Below, one piece after another: positions 1-12,720 of a stretch of 64,000 bases of DNA (within the stretch, counting starts at the first letter, position 1; each line of letters opens with the position of its first letter). The stretch lies in the NCBI GenBank assembly GCA_050084515.1, contig CM114271.1:39370001-39434000 (forward strand). The letters run 5' to 3'. The translations under genes were made by a program, and so were the position numbers. The stretch comes from Blasia pusilla (lineage: Eukaryota). The notes under the pieces were generated by a model. It worked only from the letters and a program-made list of their open reading frames with translations. It ran no database searches and had not been told where the DNA came from.

Positions 1-1375
1 AGTGACAAACTGAATCGGAAATTCTCAAATTCTTCCAGCCAGCTCAACACGGAACCCCGGTTCTCCCCGGACATTGCCCGAATGGACACTGAAAGTCAAT
101 AGTAATTATAATAACTCTCATGTTGGTAAATATGACTCTATTTTAACCTTGTTCAAAAAGTCAAATTTTTTTCCCACTCCACTAACTCTTAAACTAAGGG
201 TCAACTCACTAAAATTGCTCACTTTTGGCTAACTAATACTCCACTAAGCACCATAAATATTGGGTCAACACCCACTAAATAAAGTTTCCACTTGCTTTAA
301 CCTCAAGATCCTAAGTTTGACTTTTTCTTTCCATAATAATACAAGATTTTTGAATTTTTTTACCTCAACTAAGAAGTTACCAAGAATTTCAAATTTTGCT
401 CTCCATACGGTGGTTATGGTAGATCCGTGGAAATGATCATAACTTCTTGCTCACATGTTTAAATTTTGCACGGTTTCTTCCATAAGATGCACAACTTCCC
501 GATCTTCAACTTGGTTAAATTGGTTTCTTCATTAAATCTTCCATTAAAATTTGACAGGAATTGTCGTGCAGTTCACAATCTCCTTAAAACTACACAAATT
601 TTGGCAGCGCTTCTGCGCTAATTTCTCCCAAAAAAATTGAAAACCTATAAAAATAGCAATCAGCAAGCTACACAATACTCCTAAGAGCATTCACACGGAG
701 CAATCCGCCCCCACACTCAATTTCTAATGAAAATTGAAGAGCGCTTCTGCGCTCCACTCTACCACACGAAAAATCGACAAAGCAGAATGCGCAAACAAGC
801 AACCTTTGCTCCGATGAGCACTCCCATGAGTCATTGAACGGAAAAAACTATCCCCAACCTACATGAATAGCAAGAAACCAACAAGCTCCTCCATTCAAGC
901 TCTCTCACTCCTTTATCTCTCTTTGTAAATCAATCAAATCTTTCTCACAACAAGCTCTCAATGGTGTGCGCTCTCTGTCTCTCTCTCATGTCAAACCAAA
1001 CCCACTCTCCTAACGAGAGTCTTCGGTTACACGCACAAGGCAAGGAGGACCATAGCTCGTCTGCCTCATGCCAAGAGGTTCAACAAAGAGAGAATGAGCT
1101 CTCAAGCTCTCTCTCGTGGAGGTATACCCTCTTCCCTCTTCCAAACCCTCTCCACGATAACCTATGCTTGGAGGTCAAATCCTTGGCACTTGACATGCTG
1201 TAGCGGGTCAAGGGTCACTTCCCAAAGTGGATACTCAACTATACCAAAAACAAAAACTTATCCTAAATAGTAAGTTTCTCAATATGGCTCCATATGAGCC
1301 GAAACGAAGGGGAAACTTGCTTTCTCAAGTTTCTCATCTTGAGGCTGTCCTCCTAGATCTCGTCGATCTATCCTA
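1..1375 (-). repeat. Copy of a dispersed LTR-like repeat family, reverse orientation, running off the window start
   Basis: About 400-1375 is the reverse complement of the copies at 30885-31920 and 32014-32520 (shared blocks such as GGCTCATTTGGAGC, GTTGAACCTCTTGGCATGAG, TAGGATAGATC). Confidence 0.75.
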
Positions 1376-1380
1376 CCGGA

Positions 1381-2960
1381 GGTGACAAAGTCCATGATGC
1401 TTGATTTAAAAATCAAAAAATTGAAGTTCTTTCATAGGGGCTTAAGTGAGGAGGCAAGTACTTTATTAGACATAGGATGTTGCGTACTGATGGCTTGGAT
1501 GGTTAAGTCATTCAACTTCTCCATTGCTGAAACTATACTACTTCATCTATTAATAGACTCTTATACATTGTAAGTATCCAAAAGTATGAGGTTTGAATCC
1601 AATAAGTTCTTGTGATGATTGGATTGGTGTTCCTCCTTTTCTTAGCTTGATCTTTCTTTGCATAAAATATGTAAAGCTTTTATGTAAGACATTTACAATT
1701 CCATCCTAAAATATGAATGAGTCATTGTGTTTGTGGCCTTCATCTACATAAGAAAAAGGGAGTCTTCATACTAACTTAGCAAAGGATCTAGCTAGTTACT
1801 AACACGATATTCATGGAGATCTATTGGAATAACATCAACGCATTCTTTGTATTGAGTTCTACATGAGATATAGAGATGAATCATAACATATACTAGATTA
1901 TTAGTCGATAAGAAGTTTGGAAACAAAGTATGTTGAAGTTAAGATAGGATAATGAAACAATGATATAGATAATGATCTCATTTCATGTATTTATAAATAA
2001 CTTCATTCCTATTCTTTAGAGTTCTCGACGTAGTGATTCTTATGTACGTAAGGTTTGCCTATGAATGCACTTGCTATGCCATTCAATCTCCAATAGAGCG
2101 GTAAAGATTTTTCTTAGAAATAGCAAGAAAATTTTGGTTGACTAATAGGCAAGAAATGAAAGTTTAAGATTAAACTCTTTCAAATTGAAATGTTGTTGGC
2201 AAGGATGTTAGCATCACTATGATTAATATGAGGAGAAAGTTACATTAGTACGTGGCTAATATGAAGAAGTGGCCACTCTCTCCTCATACTTGGAGGATAT
2301 TGAAGTGTACAATGAGATTAGGGATGCAAGATCATATCTTGATCATGTATAATCGAATCCCATTCAATCATAATTTTTTGGCAACTATATATCTTGGACC
2401 ATGTAAGAGTGCAAAATCATAATGAATTTATTCTCATCCTCAAAAAATTGATAACATTCCATATTGTTAAGGTCCTTAGTATTCTTTTTCCTAATAATTG
2501 TTATGTCTTTGTGTTTGTCCAATTGGGAAATTGAGCATATTACAAGATCCTTCCAATTCTTTTCTTAACTTCGTTGTGTCTATTTTTCTCCCACATAGGC
2601 TAATTGCGCATATTGTTAAACCATGTTTTTCTTAAGGTCCATAAGGATGCCCCATGTTTTGTGGATCCCTTTTTCTATCGCAAATAATTAATTTTCGAAA
2701 GTACATACTAATGAGGATTTGGGAAATAAGTCATGATCTTGGGTCAAAAGAGGAACATTCTTGGTGCCAACATCAAGATAGAACCTAGACTATTATAACT
2801 GTGAGATTAAGGAGACAATAAGGAGTCTTGGTGCTCTAAGTCGCGAGACACATAAGTCATAGAAGAAATGTTTCGTTTTATGAGTCAGATATCACCATCA
2901 ATGATTAGAAATAACTAGTTATTCATAGAGATACAAAAGTCAGATCATATCTTCCACATA
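1381..2960 (-). pseudogene. Heavily decayed Ty3/Gypsy pol remnant
   Basis: Minus-strand translation gives integrase-like SIMDFVT at 1381-1404 and RNase H-like TSRTL...K*DHYL near 1970-2030. Many stops, AT-rich. Confidence 0.5.
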
Positions 2961-2962
2961 GT

Positions 2963-3140
2963 TGTCACGTCTTTTAGGATAGATCGGTGAGATATAGTAG
3001 AGCACTTTTGCAAGTAGTGGAGGATAGGCTCAAGAGGTTAAGGATGACCTGTTGAGGCCCCGTGAAACCTGAGAGACCAGGTTTCCCCTTTGTTTCGGCT
3101 CATTTGGAGCCATATTGAGGAACTTGCTATTTTAGGTATA
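2963..3140 (+). repeat. 5' end fragment of the same LTR-like family
   Basis: Begins TGTCACGTCTTTTAGGATAGATCGG (TG LTR-type terminus) and is colinear with 32014-32190. Confidence 0.75.
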
Positions 3141-6100
3141 GACTAGTACAGTAGTTGCACCGCAAACAGAACCACATAACATACATCACAAGCGTGAAAG
3201 AACTAATGCTAAACTCGGTTCAACTATACCGTCAATGTTTGGAAGGTGACACGACGCACAGTTAGGCACATAGTCCTTCCAAACCATACCATCGCGTCCC
3301 TCCAATAAGAGAACACCTGATGATAAAACCTCACGCACTCTCAAGATGGTACGCCCTGCAGTTACATCCAACGTCGTGGGTGCCATCTGCTGCAAGTAAA
3401 CATAGTCTCCCTGATGAAACCTCTAGATAGTAGGTCGATAACCACATTCCCGTATAATCGCATACCTCAATGTATCCTAATGTTGCGCAATCGCTAAGTT
3501 CTCAAACACCATGGGCATCACTCTCCGAAACAATTAACCCCTTCTGAAAACATGCTCGCAATCATACATCAGGGTCATCAAGGTTCAATACCTTACCAAC
3601 ATCTCGACGATTGGCCGTACGTAAATCTGGCTCTCGGCCATAAAAAAACAAGTAAGGTAGAAAGACGCTAAGAATGCATGCATACTGAATCTGTATCCCA
3701 TCGCCAACCACGGCAACTCGAGGTCCCAATCTCCTAGGTGACCTCTCTGCAAGCCATATTTGCGTAGTCTTCTCTTCACTATCTGCACAACCCGCTCTGC
3801 TAGTCCATCCGCCTTAGGATGATCTAGCGAATTAGTGCGGTGGTCGATTAGTGCCTCATCACACAAGGCCTGAAACTCCCCACGAAACTCTGTACCTTGG
3901 TTTATCAACATCTCAGCTGGTGCGCCGTATGACTCAACACCCAATCTAGGAAGGCATACGCTACTCCCTCACTCGCTTTGCCCTGCAATGCAACCAACTC
4001 TATACACTTCGAGAAGTGCTCAACCATCACCAACACATAGCGACTATGGCGCTCCGTCAAAGGCAAAGGTCATGAAAAAACCAAACTCCATCTACAACCT
4101 AAATCCATGATCGGAAGTGGATGGAACTATGGAGTCAGAGCATTGAATGATGCTCGGATTCGATCACATACCATGCATCGGGCAACAAACTACTGAACGT
4201 TAGTGTCCATGCCTCGCCACCAATACTGAATCCACTTCACTCAAAATGACCAAACTCCTCGTGGGCATGACGCACCAAACGTGCTCTCTACGAAGGATGA
4301 GGCACTACACGCACTCTACCATCCTTCCACACTCACAACACATATGTCCCCTCCCACTGGAATTGTCGCTGTAGCATCCGATCCCACTCTCTAGCATGCA
4401 CTGTGCTTGCAACGCTGCTAGTACGCAGATACTCCAATACCACTCTATCGTCGTGAATGTCTTAGCCATCTGTCGTCTCCTCATTGGCCTCTAGATCTAA
4501 GGACTCTCCATCAGGCCTCGACATTTAAGTCTCAACAATCTAACTCTCCATAGCCAACAAGCCCAAATAGGCTAACGCATGCCATACTGGCACCAACTCC
4601 TCATCACTCTCATCATGCCAACGAGCTAAAGTCGCATCTCCCTGACTCGAGCATGGGTTACGGCTCAAACCATCCGGGAACTCTGACCATGACCCATCGA
4701 TGGGGTCCTCATTGCCTCTGACAATGTGAAAGACTGACAAAGCCTGGTCTATTTCTTGGCTTCCTCTCGTTGTGGATCCAATTCTGTGGTTGCTCCACTC
4801 ACTACTGCGGTGGCCTCCATCTGGGAAAACCCGCACATCCAACCAAGATCCTCCATATCTCTGGTTGCTCCATATGATGTCAATGCCACGGATCCGGCAT
4901 CGGGTAACCTCAATGCCATAGCGGCAATCTGCTCTTGTAGCTGCTGTATCTTAGCATCCATCCCAGCCTCACGCCCGGTGTCTCCCTTGACCCGTCTAGG
5001 TAGTGGGACTCTACCTCCTCCACAGGAAACTCCACTACCCTGTCAGGAAACTCCAGCTCCTCGTCCCCCAACGGGACCACCTAGTGCACGATCTCTAGCC
5101 CACCCAGACCGGTTACTCGCTCTGGTGCCCTCTCTGGTCCTCGGTCCGGACGTATCTCAAGGTGTAGACTGAAACACCTGGCGCATGTGTGACCATACCT
5201 CTGATAATATTCACAGTGATAACCTCCTATTGTAGCACCATCTCCTCCTCCATGTTCAAGCACACGTCCATGACCCTGAGGAGTGCAATCACGCTGATGA
5301 TGGGCTCCACCATATGACCAACAACTCACCCGGTGCTAATCCCTCCTAAGAGATCTAACACTCGAGTACCCTCCTCCGGGATACACCACACAATGGGTGT
5401 GATATCTAAGGGTGTTATCGTAGCACTCCCTGCTACCTCAAGTTCCTCAGACCCGTCACACTCCGGTGCAAACGCCTCGCTCCACGCGATCTGCATGTGC
5501 TCATTTGCCAATCGTCGAAGCTCCTCAGTCGAGCCCCACAACGGCACCTCTCCACCACGAAATGATGCGGCTACCATAACACTCCTCTCCATAGAAATGT
5601 CACAAACGGGAGTATCCTCTATATGGACATGTCCCTCAATCAAATCACTAGGCCAAGTGATGGCACTGTTAAGTGCTGCTAAGGTCGCCACCTCTCCTGG
5701 CCGTCGCTCGATCACTCCACCTGTGAATCGAGCGGGTAATGAGCTAAGACGCATATCACCTAACTGCCATCATGGTCTGTAGGACACTGACTCCTCCCAA
5801 TAATCCAGGGAAAACCCCATCGGATATAACAGGGCTCCACCAACCAAGATGTCGTAGGACTCTACATCAGTCACTATCGCCTTGGCTCGCACCACGGACT
5901 CATCTGTAGGATGTCTTGGGCGAATCTTCACCACGACCTCCTATCCGGTGATATACTGTGTGGTACTCGCTCCACCCAAGGATGTCTGTATCCGGAATGG
6001 ACAATGCTCCACATCGGCTCTCGTCAAGCCCAATCCTCTGAATGACGCTTTGCCCAACATCGGGGGTTGCGCTCCTGAATCCAACAAGACGCGTTGCGGA

Positions 6101-6952
6101 CTAAAAGCTCTACCTTTGGGGCTCACCAATTGGAAGACCCCTCCTCGGTTATCCAGCAAAAGCCACGGCACCCTCTACCGTGGGTCTAGCGGGCATCTCC
6201 GCCATCCTATAGCCACAACCTGCCATGAATCTGACGTGGACGGCCCAAGCATCCGCTCCAAGGGCAAGTCCATCACCTCCTCTGCAATCACCTCTGAACG
6301 TGAAGCAAGAACTCCAACTCTGCGCTCACATAGTGAAGCGGCCAGCCGAAAAGCCTCGGTGGGCGTACCCCCCCAACGTCATAACATCGGAAGCAAAAAC
6401 TAAAGGAGTGCGGTACATAATGGTGGCCGCCCCCAAAAACGTGCTCGACACATGCCCCTCTTGAGCATCAACAATAGGAGTTGTCATACTTGCTTCTCCC
6501 ATCGCCCTCCATGCTTGTACACCAACAATATCACCAACTCTCCACGAACTTTGATGAGGATCCATCGATGGGGTCGTCATCGCTTTGGACAACGTAAAAG
6601 ACTGATGAAGCCTAGTCTGTTTTCTAGCTTCCCCTCGGTGTGGATCCAACTCTGCGGTTGATCCACGCATCACAACTGAGGTGGCCTCCATCTGGGCAAC
6701 CCCGCACATCCAACTAGGATCCTCCAGATCTATGGCTCCTCCATATGATGTCAATGCCACGGATCCGACATCGGGTATCCTCAATGCCATAGCGGCAATC
6801 TGCTCCTGTAGGTGTTGTATCTGAGCAGCCATCCCAGCCTCACGTTCGACGTCTCCCTCTGCGCGTCTAGGTGGTGGTACTCTACCTCCTCCACGGGCAA
6901 CTTCACCATCATGTCGGGAAACTCCAGCTCCTCGTCCCCCAACAAGACCACC
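3141..6952 (-). mobile_element. Rearranged Ty3/Gypsy retrotransposon fragment: gag C-terminus and zinc knuckles, protease, RNase H end, integrase and PHD-like finger; RT missing
   Basis: Protease VLLDSGAQ (ORF 5941-6171); degenerate CCHC-like CWSYGGAHHQRDC and CEYYQRYGHTCARC (5081-5329); DGLSRNP RNase H end (about 4650); integrase core NQGTEF...ADGLAER...WDLELPWLAMGYR (3585-3944); CMLCG..GATTVLV after a TGA at about 3145-3185. Confidence 0.85.
4694..5081 (-). repeat. Direct duplicate of 6562-6952 (gag C-terminal segment)
   Basis: Both segments encode ...QIQxLQEQIAAMALRxPDxGSVALTSYG...WMCGxxQMEAT...ELDPxRxEA (ORFs 4749-4961 and 6326-6832). Confidence 0.9.
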
Positions 6953-9900
6953 ATGATGGACAAAGACTTTCTAGATATAGATCTTAGCCAACTATGGTGT
7001 AGTGACAGTCTTCTTAGTCGGACAAAGGTGTATCATCTTGCTTAGTATATCCATAAAGACGTATTATAATAGAGTCATATCTCGTGATCAAATATGGTAG
7101 CTCACAAATAAGATCCATAGTGACTTGTTCCCAACGATTTTGAGATGTTTGGATGGGTTGTAAAAATCCTATTGGTTTGGTGTTACTAGCCTTGATTTGT
7201 TGATAAATCATACAACTTCTTATATATTCGTCAATATTTCTCTCATTTTGGGCCAATAATATGCCCTTTGAAGCCCCTCTAAGATAATTTTCAACTCCGA
7301 TATAACCCGCAATGATTGTGTCATAAGCCTCAGACAATACTTGAGTACGTAAGGATGGATCTTGTGGGATTCATACTTCATCTTCATGGAAAATCAATCC
7401 TTACGTCTTGTATGCTTTTTTGGCCTAAATAGCACATGTAATTTCTTCATCCTCCTTTGTTGCTTTGATCAACATTTTCCACCAGCCATAGTGAATCTGC
7501 ACTTTAGATATATTACTCATCGGTGGCATACGAGTTAGGGCGTCTGCAAACTACTTCTTTCCTTATATAAAGATAATTTTCATGGTGAATTATTGTTGCC
7601 ATGCTGCCCATCGAATTTGGTGTTTAGAGAGCTCCTTTTGGGACTCTAAGTATACCAAGGGCTTGTGACCAATCTCCACCATAAACTCCTCATTTTCTAA
7701 ATAGTGTTTCCAATGTTTGGTTACCAATACAATAGGAAGTTCTTCTCGCTCGGTTGTAAGGTAGTTTTGCTCTGCTGGCAACAACTTGCGAGAAAGGAAG
7801 GTAATAGGATGTCATCCCATTCTTGTTGTAATACTCCTCCAATGGTAGTACCTGATGCATCTATGGCCAATTTGAAATGTTGATTAGGATCATACCATTT
7901 CAAAATAGGAGTTTTGATCAAGGCATCTTTTAATGATTGAAAAGAAATCTCTTGTTATGTATCCCAGTTCCATTTTTCTCTTTTCCTTAGTAAAGTTGTC
8001 AAGGATTATGCGATTTGAGCAAAACCTTTGATAAATCTTCAATAGAATCATGTTAATCCTAAAAAACTCTTCAATTGAGTTTGGTCCTCGAGTGTACTCC
8101 ATGTTTGGATCATTTCTACCTTCTCACTCATCACTTGAATGCCTTCTACGCTTACTCGATGCCCTAGATAATCGACTTTTTTCTTGTCGAACTCACATTT
8201 TGAAGCTTTAGCATACAACTCATTATCTTATGTTCAATAGTCAATACACAATAGTATGCTTCTATCCTTCTTTTTCATGAAAAGAATAAGGGCTCCATAT
8301 GGCGATACGCTTGGTTGGATGAAGCCTTTCTGCAACATCTCCTCCACTTGAGCTTTACATTCTTCCATTTTCCTTGGCGTCGTGTGGTAAAGAGCTTTAG
8401 ATGGTAGTGTATATGTACTTCATAGAAGGACATCAAGCTTGTGATCTACCCAACGTTTTGGTGGTAGCCCCGATGGTAAGTCTTGTAGGAACACATCTTT
8501 ATATTCCTCCAATACTTCTCTCAACTCGTATGGTACCTCTGAATATTTTCAAACAACCAACATCTCTTAATTATCCAAGGAAGCATACATATTGATGTTT
8601 GATGGAAATTTTTCCTATTACATATAAAGGTAGGGTTATAGGACTTGATCTAGCTCTATCTCCATAAAGCTTCCACTCTCGAGTTTTCACAATCTTTCTT
8701 CTCCAACCTACCTGTGGATTATACTGTTCCATCCAAGGCATTTTCAAGATAACATCATAACGTGTTAATCCAATGACCTTCAACTCCAACTCTTCATGAT
8801 ACTTTCCTATCCTCACCTCCATACTTAGAGGAAGCTTCTCAATCATTTCTGTTTGCCCATTTGGAGATTCTACCTTTTCGTTTTGATCCCTTTCTAAAGC
8901 TAAGCCCAACTACATAACTATGGCTATTGAAAATAAGTTTTATGTTGCACCACAATCAATCAACACTCTAACTTGGGACCCTTTTACTTCCCCATCAATG
9001 AGAATCAGACCCGTTTCTCCTCTCTTCAAACAATTTACCACTAGATAGTTGTGTCGACCCTCGCCTTTCCTTCTTTTTGTAGAACCAAGATATCCACGAG
9101 GCGAGATTACTGGTAGTTGGCGTTTCCCAAGGCTCCTCTTTCTTCATCGTCTTCATGCATGGATCCTTCTTCAAGATGATTAAAAGGGCAGAGATATGGC
9201 CTATTTCCAAGCCTACAAAAATGATAATTTATGGCTATATGACCATATATACCACACTCAAAATATTTGAGTGTTTCTCTTCGGACTTCAAATTCTCTCA
9301 TTCTTGTAGGAACCCCGAGCCTATTGGTTTGAGGAGCGATCCCTTTTATATAGGGGTTTCAATCTCTCTGCATTGGCACCCTTCCCTTAAATCTTCATGG
9401 TGCATAATTATCTCATGCTCGAAGGTTATCCAAAATTCATAGGTGTAGGTCCATGGTGGTTGTTTATGAAAGCAACCATCTCTCATCCTCTTTCATACAT
9501 ATTTGCCATATGTTGGGCATATGCGATTGCTTCATTGATATCCTTTGGGTTATCTATCTCAAATCACTTCTTGATGTACCTTCCTCTTTAAACCTCTCTT
9601 GAATAAATCGAGCGCTTTTGCCCCAGTCATGTCAAAGATTAATATTTGTCAGTCATAAAACTACTCGATGTAGTCCTCCACACTATCCTTTTGCTTCAAT
9701 GGTGAAAGTTTCATTCTAACTTTCAGGATGGGAGCCACAAATTGGAAATTTTGCAAGAGCCCTTGCTTAATTCCGCACTATTTGATTTGTTGATTCATTT
9801 CAATCAAGGATCTCTCCCATCCTTCATACCATGTTAATGCTTGATCTATCAACCAAGATCTTATAAATATCCCTCAATATGATCATCGATGTTGAAAAGC

Positions 9901-10140
9901 GATAAATAGATTTTCATATGAGTGATCAAACCCTCTAATACCCCCATAATTCGACTTCCTTTGTACGGTTCTACCTTGCATATCTTTGTCATTTTTAATA
10001 TCAATGACGCTTGGGCATTCATCTTTATCACTTTTTGTGCTCCATGGACCAATTATGCTCGTGCCCTTAAGGTTTCCTCACTCTCCCCGGAAGTCAAGGC
10101 ATTGATGGTTTCCATCTCTGTCCCACCCTTCACAAGGACT

Positions 10141-10141
10141 C

Positions 10142-10223
<82 letters not shown>
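10141..10223. repeat. (CT)n microsatellite
   Basis: Direct reading, about 40 units. Confidence 0.97.
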
Positions 10224-10230
<7 letters not shown>

Positions 10231-10878
10231 TAATCATATCCCTTGAAGTTTCTTCTATGGTCATTTCAAATTCCCCTAACTCTTTACTATCACTTTAATA
10301 TAAGGTCAAGATATACACTTGATAATTTTGCACAATAGGGATTACAAAAGGAAGTGTCAAGGCAATGACTTCATCATAATATTCTCGACCAAACTTCATT
10401 GCCATAAACTCTCTATATGCTACCTTGGCTTGACAAACCACATATATGGATAATACATGGAGTGTTAAAAGACAATCGCGGGGGCCTATTCAAATCCATT
10501 CTCCATATACCGCTCAACACAATATATAAATAATGCAATCGCCCATACAATCAAATGTAACAATTGGAAGGATCATTGGGAGGCGAGACTTCATCACTTG
10601 TGTGATGAAAACTTCACCAAAATGATATATGAGATATCTTGTGAACCAATGTCTATGTATAAGAGTTTAATGATGAACGGATTATGAAATGGAAAAATAA
10701 GGACTCACTCTCATTCCCCCTCCATCCATTACTTGTAGAACAACCCTTCCCCCTTCTTCTACTTGTAGCTCAATAACTATTGCTAGATTCTAACAGGCCT
10801 ACCTAACTCTAAAAAATGTATCATTACTTGGTTATTCTTCCAATAGGGGTAATCCACTCTCGTTGGAAGAGCAACCTT

Positions 10879-10890
10879 GCTCTAATACCA
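10879..10890 (-). other. Degenerate tRNA-iMet primer-binding site
   Basis: Minus strand TGGTATTAGAGC, 11/12 match to TGGTATCAGAGC, adjacent to the LTR candidate. Confidence 0.7.
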
Positions 10891-11804
10891 TTATAACTCT
10901 CAATGTCATAAGACCATTCTAGAGTTGCTCAAAGGTAGAATGCCCCTTAAGACCTCTCCTCTTCCTTAATATATTGAGAGATAGATACAATGAAGACAAA
11001 TTAACTCTACCAATCCTTATACCACGTGTCATATTCTCATTGTATGAGAGGATATTATGAGAGGATATTCTTTGGACCTAATGTCCCTATCTCATCTTAT
11101 CACATCAACCTCCAACCTCATCCTTATCTTATATTTCACCAACTTTTGGCCCCACTCATCTTTATATGATGTTCTTTGTCTTTTTCTCTTTTTGGATGGT
11201 TCTTTCCTACTTATGTGCTACACGTCATAGACTATAACTTAACTATGACTAACAAAGGATGGTTACAAAAGATTGAGCTTGACGAGGTGCCGAGTTAAGA
11301 ACTCGGTGGGTTGGAAGGCCGATTGACCTAGACCAAACTAACGTGAATATGTTTGGGTTCAAATCGACAATTATAGCGTGTCCCACTTATCGTATACTTC
11401 CGCAACACCAAAGATTGACGTTCAAGAGGAGTAGCGCACGATACCAATTTTCCATCAACTTTTATTCATTTTATCCATACATACGCCGTACCCTACATGT
11501 GTCATCTTGGTTTGCCATAATAACTCTTGGGCAAGATTCAAGCATGCTTCATTAGACCCATATTGGAGTCTTCTACTACTAGTCCACACAAAACTATATG
11601 TACATATGTAGAAAATTTTAATATGTGTATATCACACTTTCCGTTTTAGTATATTTATACTTGAAAAACTCATATTTAAACTTTGAAAGTAATTTCTTGC
11701 ATTCATATTTTATCTCTAGAATAATTAATAAGTGATTAAATTTTTTTTTACAATATGATTTTGAAAATATTTGAGAATACATGATAATACTTAAATTGTT
11801 CATA

Positions 11805-11832
11805 CTAGTCCCTTGCTCGTGCTTTGCAGGGA
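11805..11832 (-). mobile_element. Putative Helitron 3' terminus
   Basis: Minus strand CCCTGCAAAGCACGAGCAAGGGA-CTAG followed by T: degenerate GC hairpin plus CTAG|T. Confidence 0.4.
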
Positions 11833-12139
11833 AAAAGTGCTCACACGTTTTTATCTCTCACTATTAAGTTGATATATGTCACAATTATAAGACTCAAGGA
11901 ACAAGTGTCATTATTGGGAGGAGGGTTTTTATAACCCATCCTATGTTACTAGTATAGATAATCCAATTAGATATTTTATTGGATAACATAAAGTTAACAA
12001 ATAATCTAATTGTTACAAAAGCCGATTATTGGAAAAAAAAATTTATAATCATATTATACCAAAGAAGAGGAATGGATTTAGCTATAAATGTGTTGATGAA
12101 TGGATATTGCTTGTTTCTAACATTTAATTTTTGAAATTG

Positions 12140-12720
12140 ATGATATAATAAGATGAACATGAAAATGCAAACCACACTTGAAACTTCCTCCCTTAAAGTC
12201 CCCATTTCTTTTTTCTTCTCTCTAAAAAAGGAGTGCATAAATCATGCAACTTTGTCACAACATGCACTTAAATCTCATAAACCCATACCAGAAAGAAAAT
12301 CTTCAAGCAACGATCCATACAAGGAATTAAAACCCTAAATGTGGTCCCCCAATTATGGTTTCATTGTGGAAGAGTAAGTAGAAGATATGAACCATTCAAA
12401 TGGGAGAAGGACTTCCCACAATGAAGTCCTTCTCCCATTTGAATCCAATGGTGGCAACCAATGATATTGAAATATGAGCATGAAAATGCTAAGAATATTT
12501 CAAACATTTCCCCTTAAAGTCCTCCTCTTTATCTTTCTCCCCTCTTCTTTGACCCTTCTTTCCAACTAGGAGTTCACAAATTAGATCACTCGGTCACAAC
12601 ATGCTCTTTGGTCTCAAAATTTGAGTCCAAAAAGAAAAGATTGAAATGACCAGCTAGGGAGGGAATAAAAAATCATAAACCCTAAATGTAATTTCCCAAT
12701 TATGGTCTCATCGTGGAAGA
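12140..12720. repeat. Diverged tandem duplication (about 12140-12372 and 12462-12720) with a perfect 22-bp inverted repeat (12394-12444) between the copies
   Basis: Shared CATGAAAATGC, CCCTTAAAGTCC, AAACCCTAAATGT..CCCAATTATGGT.TCAT.GTGGAAGA; hairpin ATTCAAATGGGAGAAGGACTTC-CCACAAT-GAAGTCCTTCTCCCATTTGAAT. Confidence 0.85.

Larger units (their letters stand above)
6960..11267 (-). mobile_element. Decayed, 3'-truncated Ty3/Gypsy element with putative 5' LTR (about 10892-11267), PBS, gag, protease, partial RT, RNase H and integrase
   Basis: Zinc knuckle-like FECGIYGHIAIN (9107-9301); VLIDCGAT protease (about 8945-8970); DASGTTIGGVL and EQNY..ERE.L...KHWKHYL RNase H (7590-7921); RWEQVTMDLI integrase (7014-7337); LTR candidate starts TGTAACC on the minus strand at 11267. 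Confidence 0.8.

Noticed and set aside
1274-1305. Hammerhead-like GGCTC-loop-GAGCC-GAAAC in the LTR family
   Set aside because: None of the four copies containing this segment has the required CUGANGA core (consensus CTCAATAT); it is just a bulged hairpin.
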